From a virus (taxonomy: Duplodnaviria > Caudoviricetes), in IMG/VR virus record IMGVR_UViG_3300037247_001786, positions 32,001-96,000 of that record: DNA of 64,000 nucleotides. One strand, given 5' to 3'. Below, one piece after another: positions 1 to 7,901 of this stretch. Position 1 is the stretch's first letter; each line of letters begins with the position of its first letter. The position numbers were made by a program, and so were the translations under genes. Under the pieces are notes generated by a model, which worked only from the letters and a program-made list of their open reading frames with translations, searched no databases and had not been told where the DNA came from.

Positions 1-108
1 AACCAAGGTAGGATTCGAACCTACAACCTCTACTTTTTTGTCCAATTGTGGTTTCCCATGCTCAATTGGCTCTTACATATAGCTATCTACCATTTGATAT
101 ACTTGGTT
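1..108 (-). tRNA. tRNA-like gene with a ~38-nt hairpin insert in the anticodon loop; 3' end truncated by the window edge
   Basis: Minus strand reads AACCAAG/CTTGGTT (7-bp acceptor), TATC-AAATGGTA-GATA (D arm), GTAGG-TTCGAAT-CCTAC (T arm), and CTAT/GTAG anticodon stem enclosing ATGTAA + 38 nt + A. Removing nt 72-35 would give loop AUGUAAA (GUA, Tyr-like), but identity is uncertain. Confidence 0.6.
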
Positions 109-163
109 TTAACAGTTGAGACAAGACTTGATACTTGCGAATTCCCGTGTACTTAGGTTCAGA

Positions 164-253
164 CTTACAATACGGGACTCGAACCCGCGTTCCCTCTTTA
201 TTAGGTAATTAATCTAACTTTAAGAGGTGTACTATCCTCTATACGAATCGTAA
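164..253 (-). tRNA. tRNA-like gene with a 25-nt anticodon loop (~18 nt extra)
   Basis: Minus strand: TTACGAT/ATTGTAA acceptor, GTAT-AGAGGATA-GTAC D arm, perfect CCTCT/AGAGG anticodon stem, GCGGG-TTCGAGT-CCCGT T arm, G73, no encoded CCA. The loop TAAAGTTAGATTAATTACCTAATAA contains a TTAG/CTAA hairpin. Confidence 0.65.
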
Positions 254-284
254 TGCGTTATCTTAACGCTACTCAACTTTTTGT

Positions 285-312
285 ATCATATCATATTTAG
301 AATCACTTTCAA
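285..312 (-). promoter_or_regulatory. sigma-70-type (early) promoter for the tRNA-like genes
   Basis: TTGAAA-GTGATTctaaatatga-TATGAT, 16-nt spacer with TGn; the same motif recurs at 13047, 15147, 15194 and 50133. Confidence 0.65.
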
Positions 313-321
313 TAATAAAAA

Positions 322-1053
322 TTATTTAATTTTATTTTTTATTTTCGTAAGTTGTTCCATAGATTTTTCTGCTAAAGAATAATCAACGAATAGAGCGACA
401 TTAATATCATATAAATATTTATCTCCCTGTTCTAGAGAAATAATATCACTAAAGATAGGATTTTTATCTTTTATTTCTTTGTCTAGTATATCTTCAACTG
501 TCATCCCGGTTTCTTCTTGCTTATTATGGACATAATTTATAACAACGTCTGTATTTATAAATGATCCTTGTTTTTTCCCTATTTTTAATAGATGCTTTTG
601 AGGCTCTGGTATCGCCGCCCAGTCAGCGACATCAATAGAAGTTATAAATATATTTTCGAAAGGAAAGTCTTCAGGACTAGATCCAGGCATAATATTTTTT
701 CTTACTTTTTCTCTTAATTCTTGTTTGTAGTTATCTACGATATTTGTAGCGACTTCTTTTAAATACTCGCTTACATCCTCTACTAATAGATTTTCTTGTT
801 CTTGAGTTAATCCTTCTAAATCATCATGAAACAATGCTTTTTTGAATTTATCAAGATCTGAGTTTAAGTTAGTATCAAAATTAAAAAATGTATTTGGTTT
901 TATTTCTTTAAGTTGTCCTGTTCCAGCGGCTACTTCAAAATCATAGTCAACTGTTTGTTGATTCATTTTGGTTCGAAATGCTTCCATAATCTCAGACGAG
1001 ATAGAAGTTATAACATCTTCATCTTTTAAATATTTATAAATTTCTTTATCCAT
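322..1053 (-). CDS. hypothetical acidic protein
   Basis: 243-aa ORF with AGGA RBS; no family recognised. Confidence 0.75.
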   Translation of the reverse strand: MDKEIYKYLKDEDVITSISSEIMEAFRTKMNQQTVDYDFEVAAGTGQLKEIKPNTFFNFDTNLNSDLDKFKKALFHDDLEGLTQEQENLLVEDVSEYLKEVATNIVDNYKQELREKVRKNIMPGSSPEDFPFENIFITSIDVADWAAIPEPQKHLLKIGKKQGSFINTDVVINYVHNKQEETGMTVEDILDKEIKDKNPIFSDIISLEQGDKYLYDINVALFVDYSLAEKSMEQLTKIKNKIK

Positions 1054-1188
1054 AATTTGTATCCTTATTTTAACTATTATATATTATCTATCGGAATAAG
1101 GGCTAAAAAACTTAATATCAGAATATTAAAGGATTATGACGAATATATATGAAAGAATAAATATTAGTGTTTCATTGAGGAGAATATA

Positions 1189-1800
1189 TTGAGCACCTGG
1201 TACCAAAAATGTATGCCAAAAATAAAAGACGTAAAAAAACATCTTGCAGGAACTCTTGAAGAAATAAAAACATCTGACAATATAGATTCTCTATATGTTT
1301 GGGGATCATTTGTAGATAATTATGACAACTCTAATTTTAGAATTAGAGATATCGATATTATCGCCGTAACAGATTTTAACTCTGGCGATTTAACCGCTAT
1401 AGATAAAAGCATTACCACTCAAAAACTTTCAGATGAAGAGCTAGAAGATCAAGGATATAATCCAACTGCTATAAAGTTTAGTAAAGATTTTTTAAAATTA
1501 AAAAAATATAATATTGATCATTGGGTTATTTCATCTGATAAAAAACTTCTACATTGGGGACCTATTCCATCAAGCAAGGAAGAGTCAGAAGCCATAAACA
1601 AAGATGCCTCAATTCATGCATTTAATCAAACTGGTTATCGTAGAGAAAAAATAAATAAAGCGGCACAAGAGGTAAGAGATAATTGGTATGAAGAGTATCA
1701 TACTTATATGAATAAAGTTTTTGCAGATATGCCTTCAGGTTGGTATTTAAGCGGAACAGAAAATATTGATGAAATAATTGAAAAAGCTATAAAGTTTTAA
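1189..1800 (+). CDS. pol-beta-superfamily (minimal) nucleotidyltransferase
   Basis: YVWGSF...RDIDIIAV fits the hG[GS]x9-13DxD NTase motif; GAGGAG RBS before a TTG start. Confidence 0.7.
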   Translation: MSTWYQKCMPKIKDVKKHLAGTLEEIKTSDNIDSLYVWGSFVDNYDNSNFRIRDIDIIAVTDFNSGDLTAIDKSITTQKLSDEELEDQGYNPTAIKFSKDFLKLKKYNIDHWVISSDKKLLHWGPIPSSKEESEAINKDASIHAFNQTGYRREKINKAAQEVRDNWYEEYHTYMNKVFADMPSGWYLSGTENIDEIIEKAIKF

Positions 1801-1804
1801 AAAA

Positions 1805-2146
1805 TTATAGTGTCCCAGCAATCCAGAAACCAAACTTATTCATTGTCAACCATAGCCTGCTTCCGTTAGAAACGAGAGTTATATTTTCTCCTGGGACATC
1901 AGCATATAAACCTTGCCCCAAAATGGGAGAAGAGGTATCTATTATCTGGTCTAAAATATTTCCAGGAACGATGTTCATAGCTAAAATATCCTGAACACAA
2001 AAATGAAATATCACGCCTTTTGGAGCGTTATCTGGCAAAGTATAAGAAACTTGAGTTAAAGTATCTCTATTAGAAAAAACCCCGCCTGAGTCGGATAGTG
2101 TTAATTGATAATCTTGTATTTTATTTATTACACATTTCGTATGCAT
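1805..2146 (-). CDS. small beta-rich protein, paralog of 2158..2505 and of the C-terminus of 2522..4231 (putative virion surface/receptor-binding module)
   Basis: Shared pattern SG.vFsN...v.(y/l)tLP......G..f.F.V....ADvPGE.ItLvSNG...W.....FG.W. Confidence 0.6.
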   Translation of the reverse strand: MHTKCVINKIQDYQLTLSDSGGVFSNRDTLTQVSYTLPDNAPKGVIFHFCVQDILAMNIVPGNILDQIIDTSSPILGQGLYADVPGENITLVSNGSRLWLTMNKFGFWIAGTL

Positions 2147-2157
2147 TTTTTATTTCC

Positions 2158-2505
2158 TTATATTTCCACTGTCCAGGTGCCGAAAATGTCCATAGGATAC
2201 CATTCGTTAACGCCATTTGAAATAAGAATTATGGTCTCGCCCGGAGCATCGGCCCATATATATTTATCACTTATCATTGAAGGATTAAAGTCAACCCCCC
2301 TTATAGTTCCTATTCCTGGGTCTATTCTAAATTGTTGAGCAGTTGGAACAGAAAAAATATAATAAATTCCATTAGAAGTGTTTTCAGGAAGAAAAAGAGT
2401 GACCGTTTCCCCTGCTCCAAAATTTGTAAAAACTGTTCCTGATTCTGATTCGAGAATAGTATAATTCGAAGTTTTATTTGCAATTGTTAAAGTTGTTGGT
2501 ATCAT
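2158..2505 (-). CDS. small beta-rich paralog (putative virion surface module)
   Basis: ESGTVFTNFGAGETVTLFLPENTSNGIYYIF...ADAPGETIILISNGVNEWYPMDIFGTWT aligns by eye with both neighbours. Confidence 0.65.
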   Translation of the reverse strand: MIPTTLTIANKTSNYTILESESGTVFTNFGAGETVTLFLPENTSNGIYYIFSVPTAQQFRIDPGIGTIRGVDFNPSMISDKYIWADAPGETIILISNGVNEWYPMDIFGTWTVEI

Positions 2506-2521
2506 ATTTTTCTCCTAAGCG

Positions 2522-4231
2522 TTATAACCCTTCTGTCCAAAATCCAAATTTACTAATTACGAACCAGTTACTTACTCCGTCGGAAACAATAGTTAATGAA
2601 ACACCGTCCACGCCCGCATATTTATATTTTCCAACACCTTGCCCGCTGGTGTCTATAATAGTATCAGCCCCGTCAGGCTGTAGAAATAATAGATAATTCT
2701 CAACAAGAACAAAAGAAAAATATATCCCTGGGGTTGATGCCGATGGTAAATTTATAGTGACGAAACTTCCGGCTCCCTCATTTGTATGAACGGTTCCTGA
2801 CTGGCCAACCGTTAAATCGTTTGCCGGAACTCCATCCGTAGGATGAGCGATAACGTCGCTAATAGTTTCAGTAACAAAATTATCACAACTTGGATAAGGG
2901 GAACAGATGCATGATGCCAAACAATCCTCTTGAGTTAAATGAGTAGATAAAATCTGCAAGTTCTGGTCATCTGTCAACTCATTAGAACAAGAACAAGTTC
3001 CTAAAGAAATATTTTCGATACAATACCAGGTTTCAGAACAGACGGTGATATTATCTCCACAATATTGCCATGCAATAGATCCATCATTATAAGTAACCGT
3101 TGCACACCAAGAGGTATTACCTCCTGTCTCATTGCAATCGGGAACTACAGAAACTATAAAAGGAACATCATCATTTGTGTATTGAAAAGTATCGGTTTTG
3201 CCGCATTGATGACCACCTCCCGTAACACCTGGACCTTCTCCAAGACAAGTACTAACACATCCACTCCTCCATAATACTTTATCGGAGTCTATAGGTTCGT
3301 TACAAGGGTCTCCATATGCTGATGAAAATACTATTATCTCGTCCCTTGTATCATTAGTAGTATAACTTATTGTGGCTGTAGGTATTTTTATCTCTTGACA
3401 ATCTAAATCTCTTGTTTTCGAATTCCCAATTCTAGAAATATTAAAATCAGGACCCAATACATAAAATGCATAAGCAGTCGATCTGGTTCCACGACAATTA
3501 GGGACAGTTCTTATTCCTAAAGGTAAATCAGATTCACGAATAGAAAAACAATCATGCCAGACAAAATCCGGATTCCTACCGACATTACTTCTTGTTAAGT
3601 ATAAAGACTGGTTACTATTACCATATCTTTGAATATCAGGATTAAATCTCGTCGGAGGATATGATCCTGGATATCTAGTGGTTTCATTAGTACTAACGCA
3701 TCCAGTATCATACAATACAGTTCCTGAACAATCGGTTCCATCAAAATTACCCATTACCTGTATTCTATCAGGGACCCAGTAGGTAGTGAATTCTACATAA
3801 ATATCAGTCACTCTGTCTCCAGGTGTATCGGGATCAACAATCCATTCTGGAAAACAACTAATAGAAGAAGTTTCTACAACAATTGACTCTATATCACTGA
3901 AGAAAACTTCTCCATTTATAATAGATCTAGCCTGTATTAAAATAACGCCCTCTTTACCGGCAAAAGGTATGATAGAGAATAAAGTATCTCCTGCACTGTA
4001 AATTCCAGATGCCGTTGCCGAGTTGACCCTCTGGTTTAATGAAGAATTATTAAAAGAATAGTATACTTCCGTACTTGTAGGAATAGCGTCGGTGTTTAAA
4101 ATTCTCCAAGACACTGACGAATTTTGTAGATGTGCCACTATTCCTGGAAAACTTACAAACTCTAAAAAGGGAAAATCTCCACAATTAGGTCTATCGCAAG
4201 GATTAATTAATTCTATTCTATGTATTGCCAT
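2522..4231 (-). CDS. Cys-rich multidomain putative virion protein with a C-terminal copy of the paralogous module
   Basis: Two internal repeats of the type D.I.V....gdcsgt.VLy.tGCVST, a Cys-rich stretch, and the C-terminal TNEGAG...SKFGFWT module. Confidence 0.6.
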   Translation of the reverse strand: MAIHRIELINPCDRPNCGDFPFLEFVSFPGIVAHLQNSSVSWRILNTDAIPTSTEVYYSFNNSSLNQRVNSATASGIYSAGDTLFSIIPFAGKEGVILIQARSIINGEVFFSDIESIVVETSSISCFPEWIVDPDTPGDRVTDIYVEFTTYWVPDRIQVMGNFDGTDCSGTVLYDTGCVSTNETTRYPGSYPPTRFNPDIQRYGNSNQSLYLTRSNVGRNPDFVWHDCFSIRESDLPLGIRTVPNCRGTRSTAYAFYVLGPDFNISRIGNSKTRDLDCQEIKIPTATISYTTNDTRDEIIVFSSAYGDPCNEPIDSDKVLWRSGCVSTCLGEGPGVTGGGHQCGKTDTFQYTNDDVPFIVSVVPDCNETGGNTSWCATVTYNDGSIAWQYCGDNITVCSETWYCIENISLGTCSCSNELTDDQNLQILSTHLTQEDCLASCICSPYPSCDNFVTETISDVIAHPTDGVPANDLTVGQSGTVHTNEGAGSFVTINLPSASTPGIYFSFVLVENYLLFLQPDGADTIIDTSGQGVGKYKYAGVDGVSLTIVSDGVSNWFVISKFGFWTEGL

Positions 4232-4232
4232 T

Positions 4233-4649
4233 TTATTGTCTATTTATTCCCATTAAATTATTATTACCTTGCTCTTTAATTACTTTAAAACCAAATTTTT
4301 CATAGAAATTTGTTAGAGCTTCTAAAGGCAATCCATCAAATCCCATAGGAGAAGCATTTAAATAGATATAATTAACATTTCTTTTAGAAAGCTCCTTCAT
4401 CGCTTCTTCAATTAAGGCAGTTCCATACCCTTGACCCATATTAGCAGTATTTACTTCTATATGTTCTATTTTTGCTATCCAATCATCTTCATCAATTCCA
4501 ATTTTTTCAAATTCTTCTGGAGACATATCTTCTGTAAATTCATATCTTGGAGAAGTTTCAGTTATAACGACACTTCCATAAGGAGAAGAAATAGTTACTC
4601 TATCCTCGTCGGTATTGTAAGAAAATTGTGCTATTTTATACCAGTTCAT
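4233..4649 (-). CDS. GNAT-family acetyltransferase with MNWYKIAQ leader
   Basis: Acetyl-CoA motif A IEHIEVNTANMGQGYGTALI and motif B LTNFYEKFGF. Confidence 0.8.
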   Translation of the reverse strand: MNWYKIAQFSYNTDEDRVTISSPYGSVVITETSPRYEFTEDMSPEEFEKIGIDEDDWIAKIEHIEVNTANMGQGYGTALIEEAMKELSKRNVNYIYLNASPMGFDGLPLEALTNFYEKFGFKVIKEQGNNNLMGINRQ

Positions 4650-6436
4650 GAATACCTTATTACCTTTTCCGCTTCTGGAAATTTTCGCTGTAACAATTGT
4701 TGTAAAAATTGAGGAATTTCTCTAAATCTGCTCATCCCTTCATGAGGAGACATAATAGAGATAATTTTTTCACTAGGGCTATATCTTCCTGTATATAACT
4801 TATCTAAGCCAGAATCGAGTCCCCAATTTCCTCTAGACCTATGAGTCTGATCCGTTCCAGTTTCTGGTCTTGTTTCTATCTGCCCGTTATTATAAACCCA
4901 CATTATATTAGGATTATTAATAGAATAATTCTCATTTGGTTCGTGTCCTAATGCTTTATTTTGTTCTTTATAATAAATATCATGGCCTATGCCTGTATAG
5001 AATCTTTCTTTTCCTTTTAAATCTTTAGAATCCATTACCTCTATTTGTTGTGCTATTTTATACCAGTTTTTACAAGAAGAATAACTAAAATCAAATGACG
5101 TTTGTCCTTCAGGCATATATATTAATTTTAACATATGTTCTGCAAAACTTTTTATAACAGGAGCATTTTCTCCATAAGAAGAAGCATTATCTCTTATCTC
5201 TCCTTTTAATATATTTATTAATTCCTTAAGACCAGGTTTTTCTCCACCATAGCCGTCAGATCCTTCTATGGTTGACAATAACTCTGTATCTATCCAACTC
5301 GAATGCCAACTTATATCTTCCGCATTTTTTGGACCATATTCATAAGTCATAGTTTCAAAAATTATACCCATCAATCTACCTATATCAAGATTGTTAGACC
5401 ATTCAATAAACTCATCTGATTCTGTTCCTTGTAGCCCATAATCTCCTGCTAAATAATTTTTATAATTATCTTGTTCACTTGTATATCCATTTTGTAAATC
5501 CTTCAATTGTTCGGCAATAGTACTTAAATCGCCCCCAATATCCCACTCAGAAGTAGAAGTCCCACCAAGTCTTTCAGGAGTATTTTTGCCATACTCTACC
5601 CATTCCCTTATCATATCTCTATGTTCTTCATCAGGAGTACTGTTAGAATTGCCTTGTATCTGCTCGACAATTTTCCCAGTCCCATCTGTCTCTATTGTAG
5701 CTTTAGGATTATTTTGAGGGTCCCTTAAAGAATAAATAATACTTTTTTCGCTAATAACATCTTGACAATAATCACCGACACAATGATTCATCATATTTCC
5801 TTCTGCTAACAAATCATTCTCACTTATAACTTTTTGGATAGTCCATCCTTGCCACTTCTTATCATTTTTCCATTCTGGACCAAAGACTATTAGTTCAGAT
5901 TTAGTAGGCTCGTATTCTTTTCCTGCACCTTTACCAGCCATCATTCTATGCCACTCAGCAGATGCGTCGATCGCCTGTTCTAATGAGAAAGAAGCAATAT
6001 CAGCTTGATTTTGAGACCTAGTATACCAGTCATCTATTTCCTGGATTACATTAGTGTTAGAACCATAATACCCATATGTAATAAAATCTATATAATCTTG
6101 AAAATCTTCTGGAGAAAGTTGATTTTCTGGATCCATCGAACTTTTTCTTATTTTTTTAAATTGTACTAATAACCATTTTGAAAAAGAAGAATCATATCGA
6201 TTTGCAATATTTTTTTCTGTAGGCAAATAAGGGTCTATTTGTTGTGGAGATTGGAACTGTTGAAGTTGTTGTAAGTTTAAAGATGGATTTTTTCTAAATT
6301 CATTAGTTAATATTTGTCCGAAATTAGGATCTAAAGAGCTAATATATTGCACAATATCTGGGGACGCTCCGAGGCTTTCCAAATAACCTAGCATCGCTGT
6401 CGCTTGAGCAAATATATTTTTAAGATACCAATTCAT
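4646..6436 (-). CDS. PcfJ-like domain protein; MNWYLKNIFAQ leader and an internal second NWYKIAQ module
   Basis: DLLAEGNMMNHCVGDY...IYSLRDPQNNPKATIE fits the PcfJ-like motif; KNWYKIAQQ occurs about 135 aa from the C-terminus. Confidence 0.7.
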   Translation of the reverse strand: MNWYLKNIFAQATAMLGYLESLGASPDIVQYISSLDPNFGQILTNEFRKNPSLNLQQLQQFQSPQQIDPYLPTEKNIANRYDSSFSKWLLVQFKKIRKSSMDPENQLSPEDFQDYIDFITYGYYGSNTNVIQEIDDWYTRSQNQADIASFSLEQAIDASAEWHRMMAGKGAGKEYEPTKSELIVFGPEWKNDKKWQGWTIQKVISENDLLAEGNMMNHCVGDYCQDVISEKSIIYSLRDPQNNPKATIETDGTGKIVEQIQGNSNSTPDEEHRDMIREWVEYGKNTPERLGGTSTSEWDIGGDLSTIAEQLKDLQNGYTSEQDNYKNYLAGDYGLQGTESDEFIEWSNNLDIGRLMGIIFETMTYEYGPKNAEDISWHSSWIDTELLSTIEGSDGYGGEKPGLKELINILKGEIRDNASSYGENAPVIKSFAEHMLKLIYMPEGQTSFDFSYSSCKNWYKIAQQIEVMDSKDLKGKERFYTGIGHDIYYKEQNKALGHEPNENYSINNPNIMWVYNNGQIETRPETGTDQTHRSRGNWGLDSGLDKLYTGRYSPSEKIISIMSPHEGMSRFREIPQFLQQLLQRKFPEAEKVIRYS

Positions 6437-6444
6437 ATTATTTT

Positions 6445-6666
6445 TTATAGCAAATCAATCTTACTTTGCAAGTTATTTTTCATCGCTACTGTTTTCGTTT
6501 TCATGCCCTCAAACTGGGTCTTCCGTTCAGTATTACCGTTAGTTTCAGCATTTGCAATTTTGGTATTAAGTTTTTGTATTCTTGCGTTCATATTAACTAT
6601 CCTACCTTCTGCATCTGCTTTGCTCATTGCGTTGACTATTTTTCCATTTACTATTTCAAAACTCAT
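6445..6666 (-). CDS. small coiled-coil hypothetical protein
   Basis: AGGAG RBS; heptad-like sequence. Confidence 0.65.
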   Translation of the reverse strand: MSFEIVNGKIVNAMSKADAEGRIVNMNARIQKLNTKIANAETNGNTERKTQFEGMKTKTVAMKNNLQSKIDLL

Positions 6667-6668
6667 AA

Positions 6669-6731
6669 TTATTCTCCTATTGGGCTATATTTAACTTTAT
6701 TTTTTAATTGTGCTATTTTATACTAGTTTGT
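6669..6731 (-). pseudogene. decayed leader-bearing mini-ORF (T-N-stop-Y-K-I-A-Q-L-K-N-K-V-K-Y-S-P-I-G-E-stop)
   Basis: ATG replaced by ACA and TGG by TAG relative to the three intact copies; otherwise identical through the GCA CAA codons. Confidence 0.45.
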
Positions 6732-6732
6732 A

Positions 6733-7137
6733 TTATTCTAAATACCATTCTTCATTTTCTTGGGTGTCTATTATGTTTGAAATATTTACAGTTCCTATAT
6801 CTAATATTGCATATACAGTGCTCGCTATACTAGATGTGTATTTATTATCAGATATATTTTTAAAGATAACTGCATCGTGACCCGCATTTTTAGCATTATT
6901 AATAATATCTTTTTGAGGCACTGTTATCCACGATTCTCCTTGAGCGTCCAACATAAACGGATTATTAAGATTAACAGATATTTCATAAATATATCTACCA
7001 TATTCTTCAGCAGCAAATACATCGTCTGTGAGGAATAACGCATCTCCCGTTTCAGAACTATTAATATTTAAATTATCACCTCGATAGTTAGAACCATGAA
7101 AAAGAGTAATATTTTGTGCTATTTTATACCAGTTCAT
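6733..7137 (-). CDS. ADP-ribosyltransferase-like domain protein with MNWYKIAQ leader
   Basis: LFHGS...ALFLTDDVFAAEEYG..IYEISVNLNNPF pattern typical of phage/polyvalent-protein ART domains. Confidence 0.6.
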   Translation of the reverse strand: MNWYKIAQNITLFHGSNYRGDNLNINSSETGDALFLTDDVFAAEEYGRYIYEISVNLNNPFMLDAQGESWITVPQKDIINNAKNAGHDAVIFKNISDNKYTSSIASTVYAILDIGTVNISNIIDTQENEEWYLE

Positions 7138-7145
7138 AGTTATCT

Positions 7146-7436
7146 CTAGAAATTCATTTTCTCTCTCATTTGATCTACACTTTTATTATATCTTGTTTGA
7201 TTGTTAAGCAGTTCCGTATTCGCAAAGTCTGTAACTGGGTCAAGATAGGTGGATCCGCATGAACTACATCTAGGGATAGAGCTAGAGCTTCTTTCTCTTC
7301 TTGATAAATTAGTAAATTCTCCGCAAGTATCGCATTTATATTTATAGATACCAAATTGTCCAGCTTCTTTTTCCATATATCTAATGGTTTTTAGTATTTT
7401 CATATCTTTACCTCTAATTAAAAATGTTTTATACAT
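7146..7436 (-). CDS. zinc-ribbon protein (FmdB-like); true start probably ATG at 7403
   Basis: YKYKCDTCG...RCSSCGS; an AGAGG RBS precedes MKILKT at 7403. Confidence 0.6.
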   Translation of the reverse strand: MYKTFLIRGKDMKILKTIRYMEKEAGQFGIYKYKCDTCGEFTNLSRRERSSSSIPRCSSCGSTYLDPVTDFANTELLNNQTRYNKSVDQMREKMNF

Positions 7437-7560
7437 TTATTTACCGTTTTTTGCTTCTTTTCCTCTATTTTAGTTGAGTGGAGGAAAAGTAATATATTTC
7501 TCGGAATACTTAATTAATGTCGATATATTTAATGATAAGACTTAAAGAATAGAGGAAAAT

Positions 7561-7899
7561 ATGATTATATTTTTTATATCATTGATAATATCATTGCTAT
7601 TAGCATTTGGAATGGCAATAGCCCTTGTAGAGAAGGGAGATGACTTTCCTATTAAATTTTGGAAGGATAAGTTAAAAGTAGTATTAGGAAAAGTTCATTC
7701 TAGAATGCCAGAGATGTTAGAATGCACAACTTGTACGAGTTTTTGGGCAGCATTGATAGCAGATATTGTATTATGTATAGTTAATATTTCATTATTTGGG
7801 ACATTCTATTTTTTCTGGCCTTTCAGCGGAATTATAATTTTAGGGATCACTTGGTATGCAATAGAACACTTAAATGCTATTGATTCAAATGGAGAATAA
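7561..7899 (+). CDS. small membrane protein, DUF1360-like (possible holin)
   Basis: Three hydrophobic segments and a CTTCTSFW motif. Confidence 0.5.
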   Translation: MIIFFISLIISLLLAFGMAIALVEKGDDFPIKFWKDKLKVVLGKVHSRMPEMLECTTCTSFWAALIADIVLCIVNISLFGTFYFFWPFSGIIILGITWYAIEHLNAIDSNGE

Positions 7900-7901
7900 T
7901 T

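Larger units (their letters stand above)
4626..7137 (-). repeat. four dispersed copies of 21-nt AACTGGTATAAAATAGCACAA (codes NWYKIAQ)
   Basis: Exact copies at 4626-4646, 5048-5068 (inside an ORF) and 7114-7134; one-mismatch copy (TGG>TAG) at 6708-6728. Confidence 0.9.

Noticed and set aside
1-253. Group I introns in the tRNA-like genes
   Set aside because: Inserts of 18-38 nt are far too short for a ribozyme core.
6723-6725. TAG in place of TGG as a sign of stop-codon reassignment
   Set aside because: TAG cleanly ends genes directly before the next start (e.g. 31689-31691 then ATG 31692; 17011-17013), and long ORFs translate uninterrupted in code 11.
4626-7137. 21-nt direct repeats as CRISPR or integron attC sites
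   Set aside because: Spacing is 400-1660 nt of coding sequence, the repeat is in frame as peptide, it has no palindromic attC structure, and no integrase is visible.
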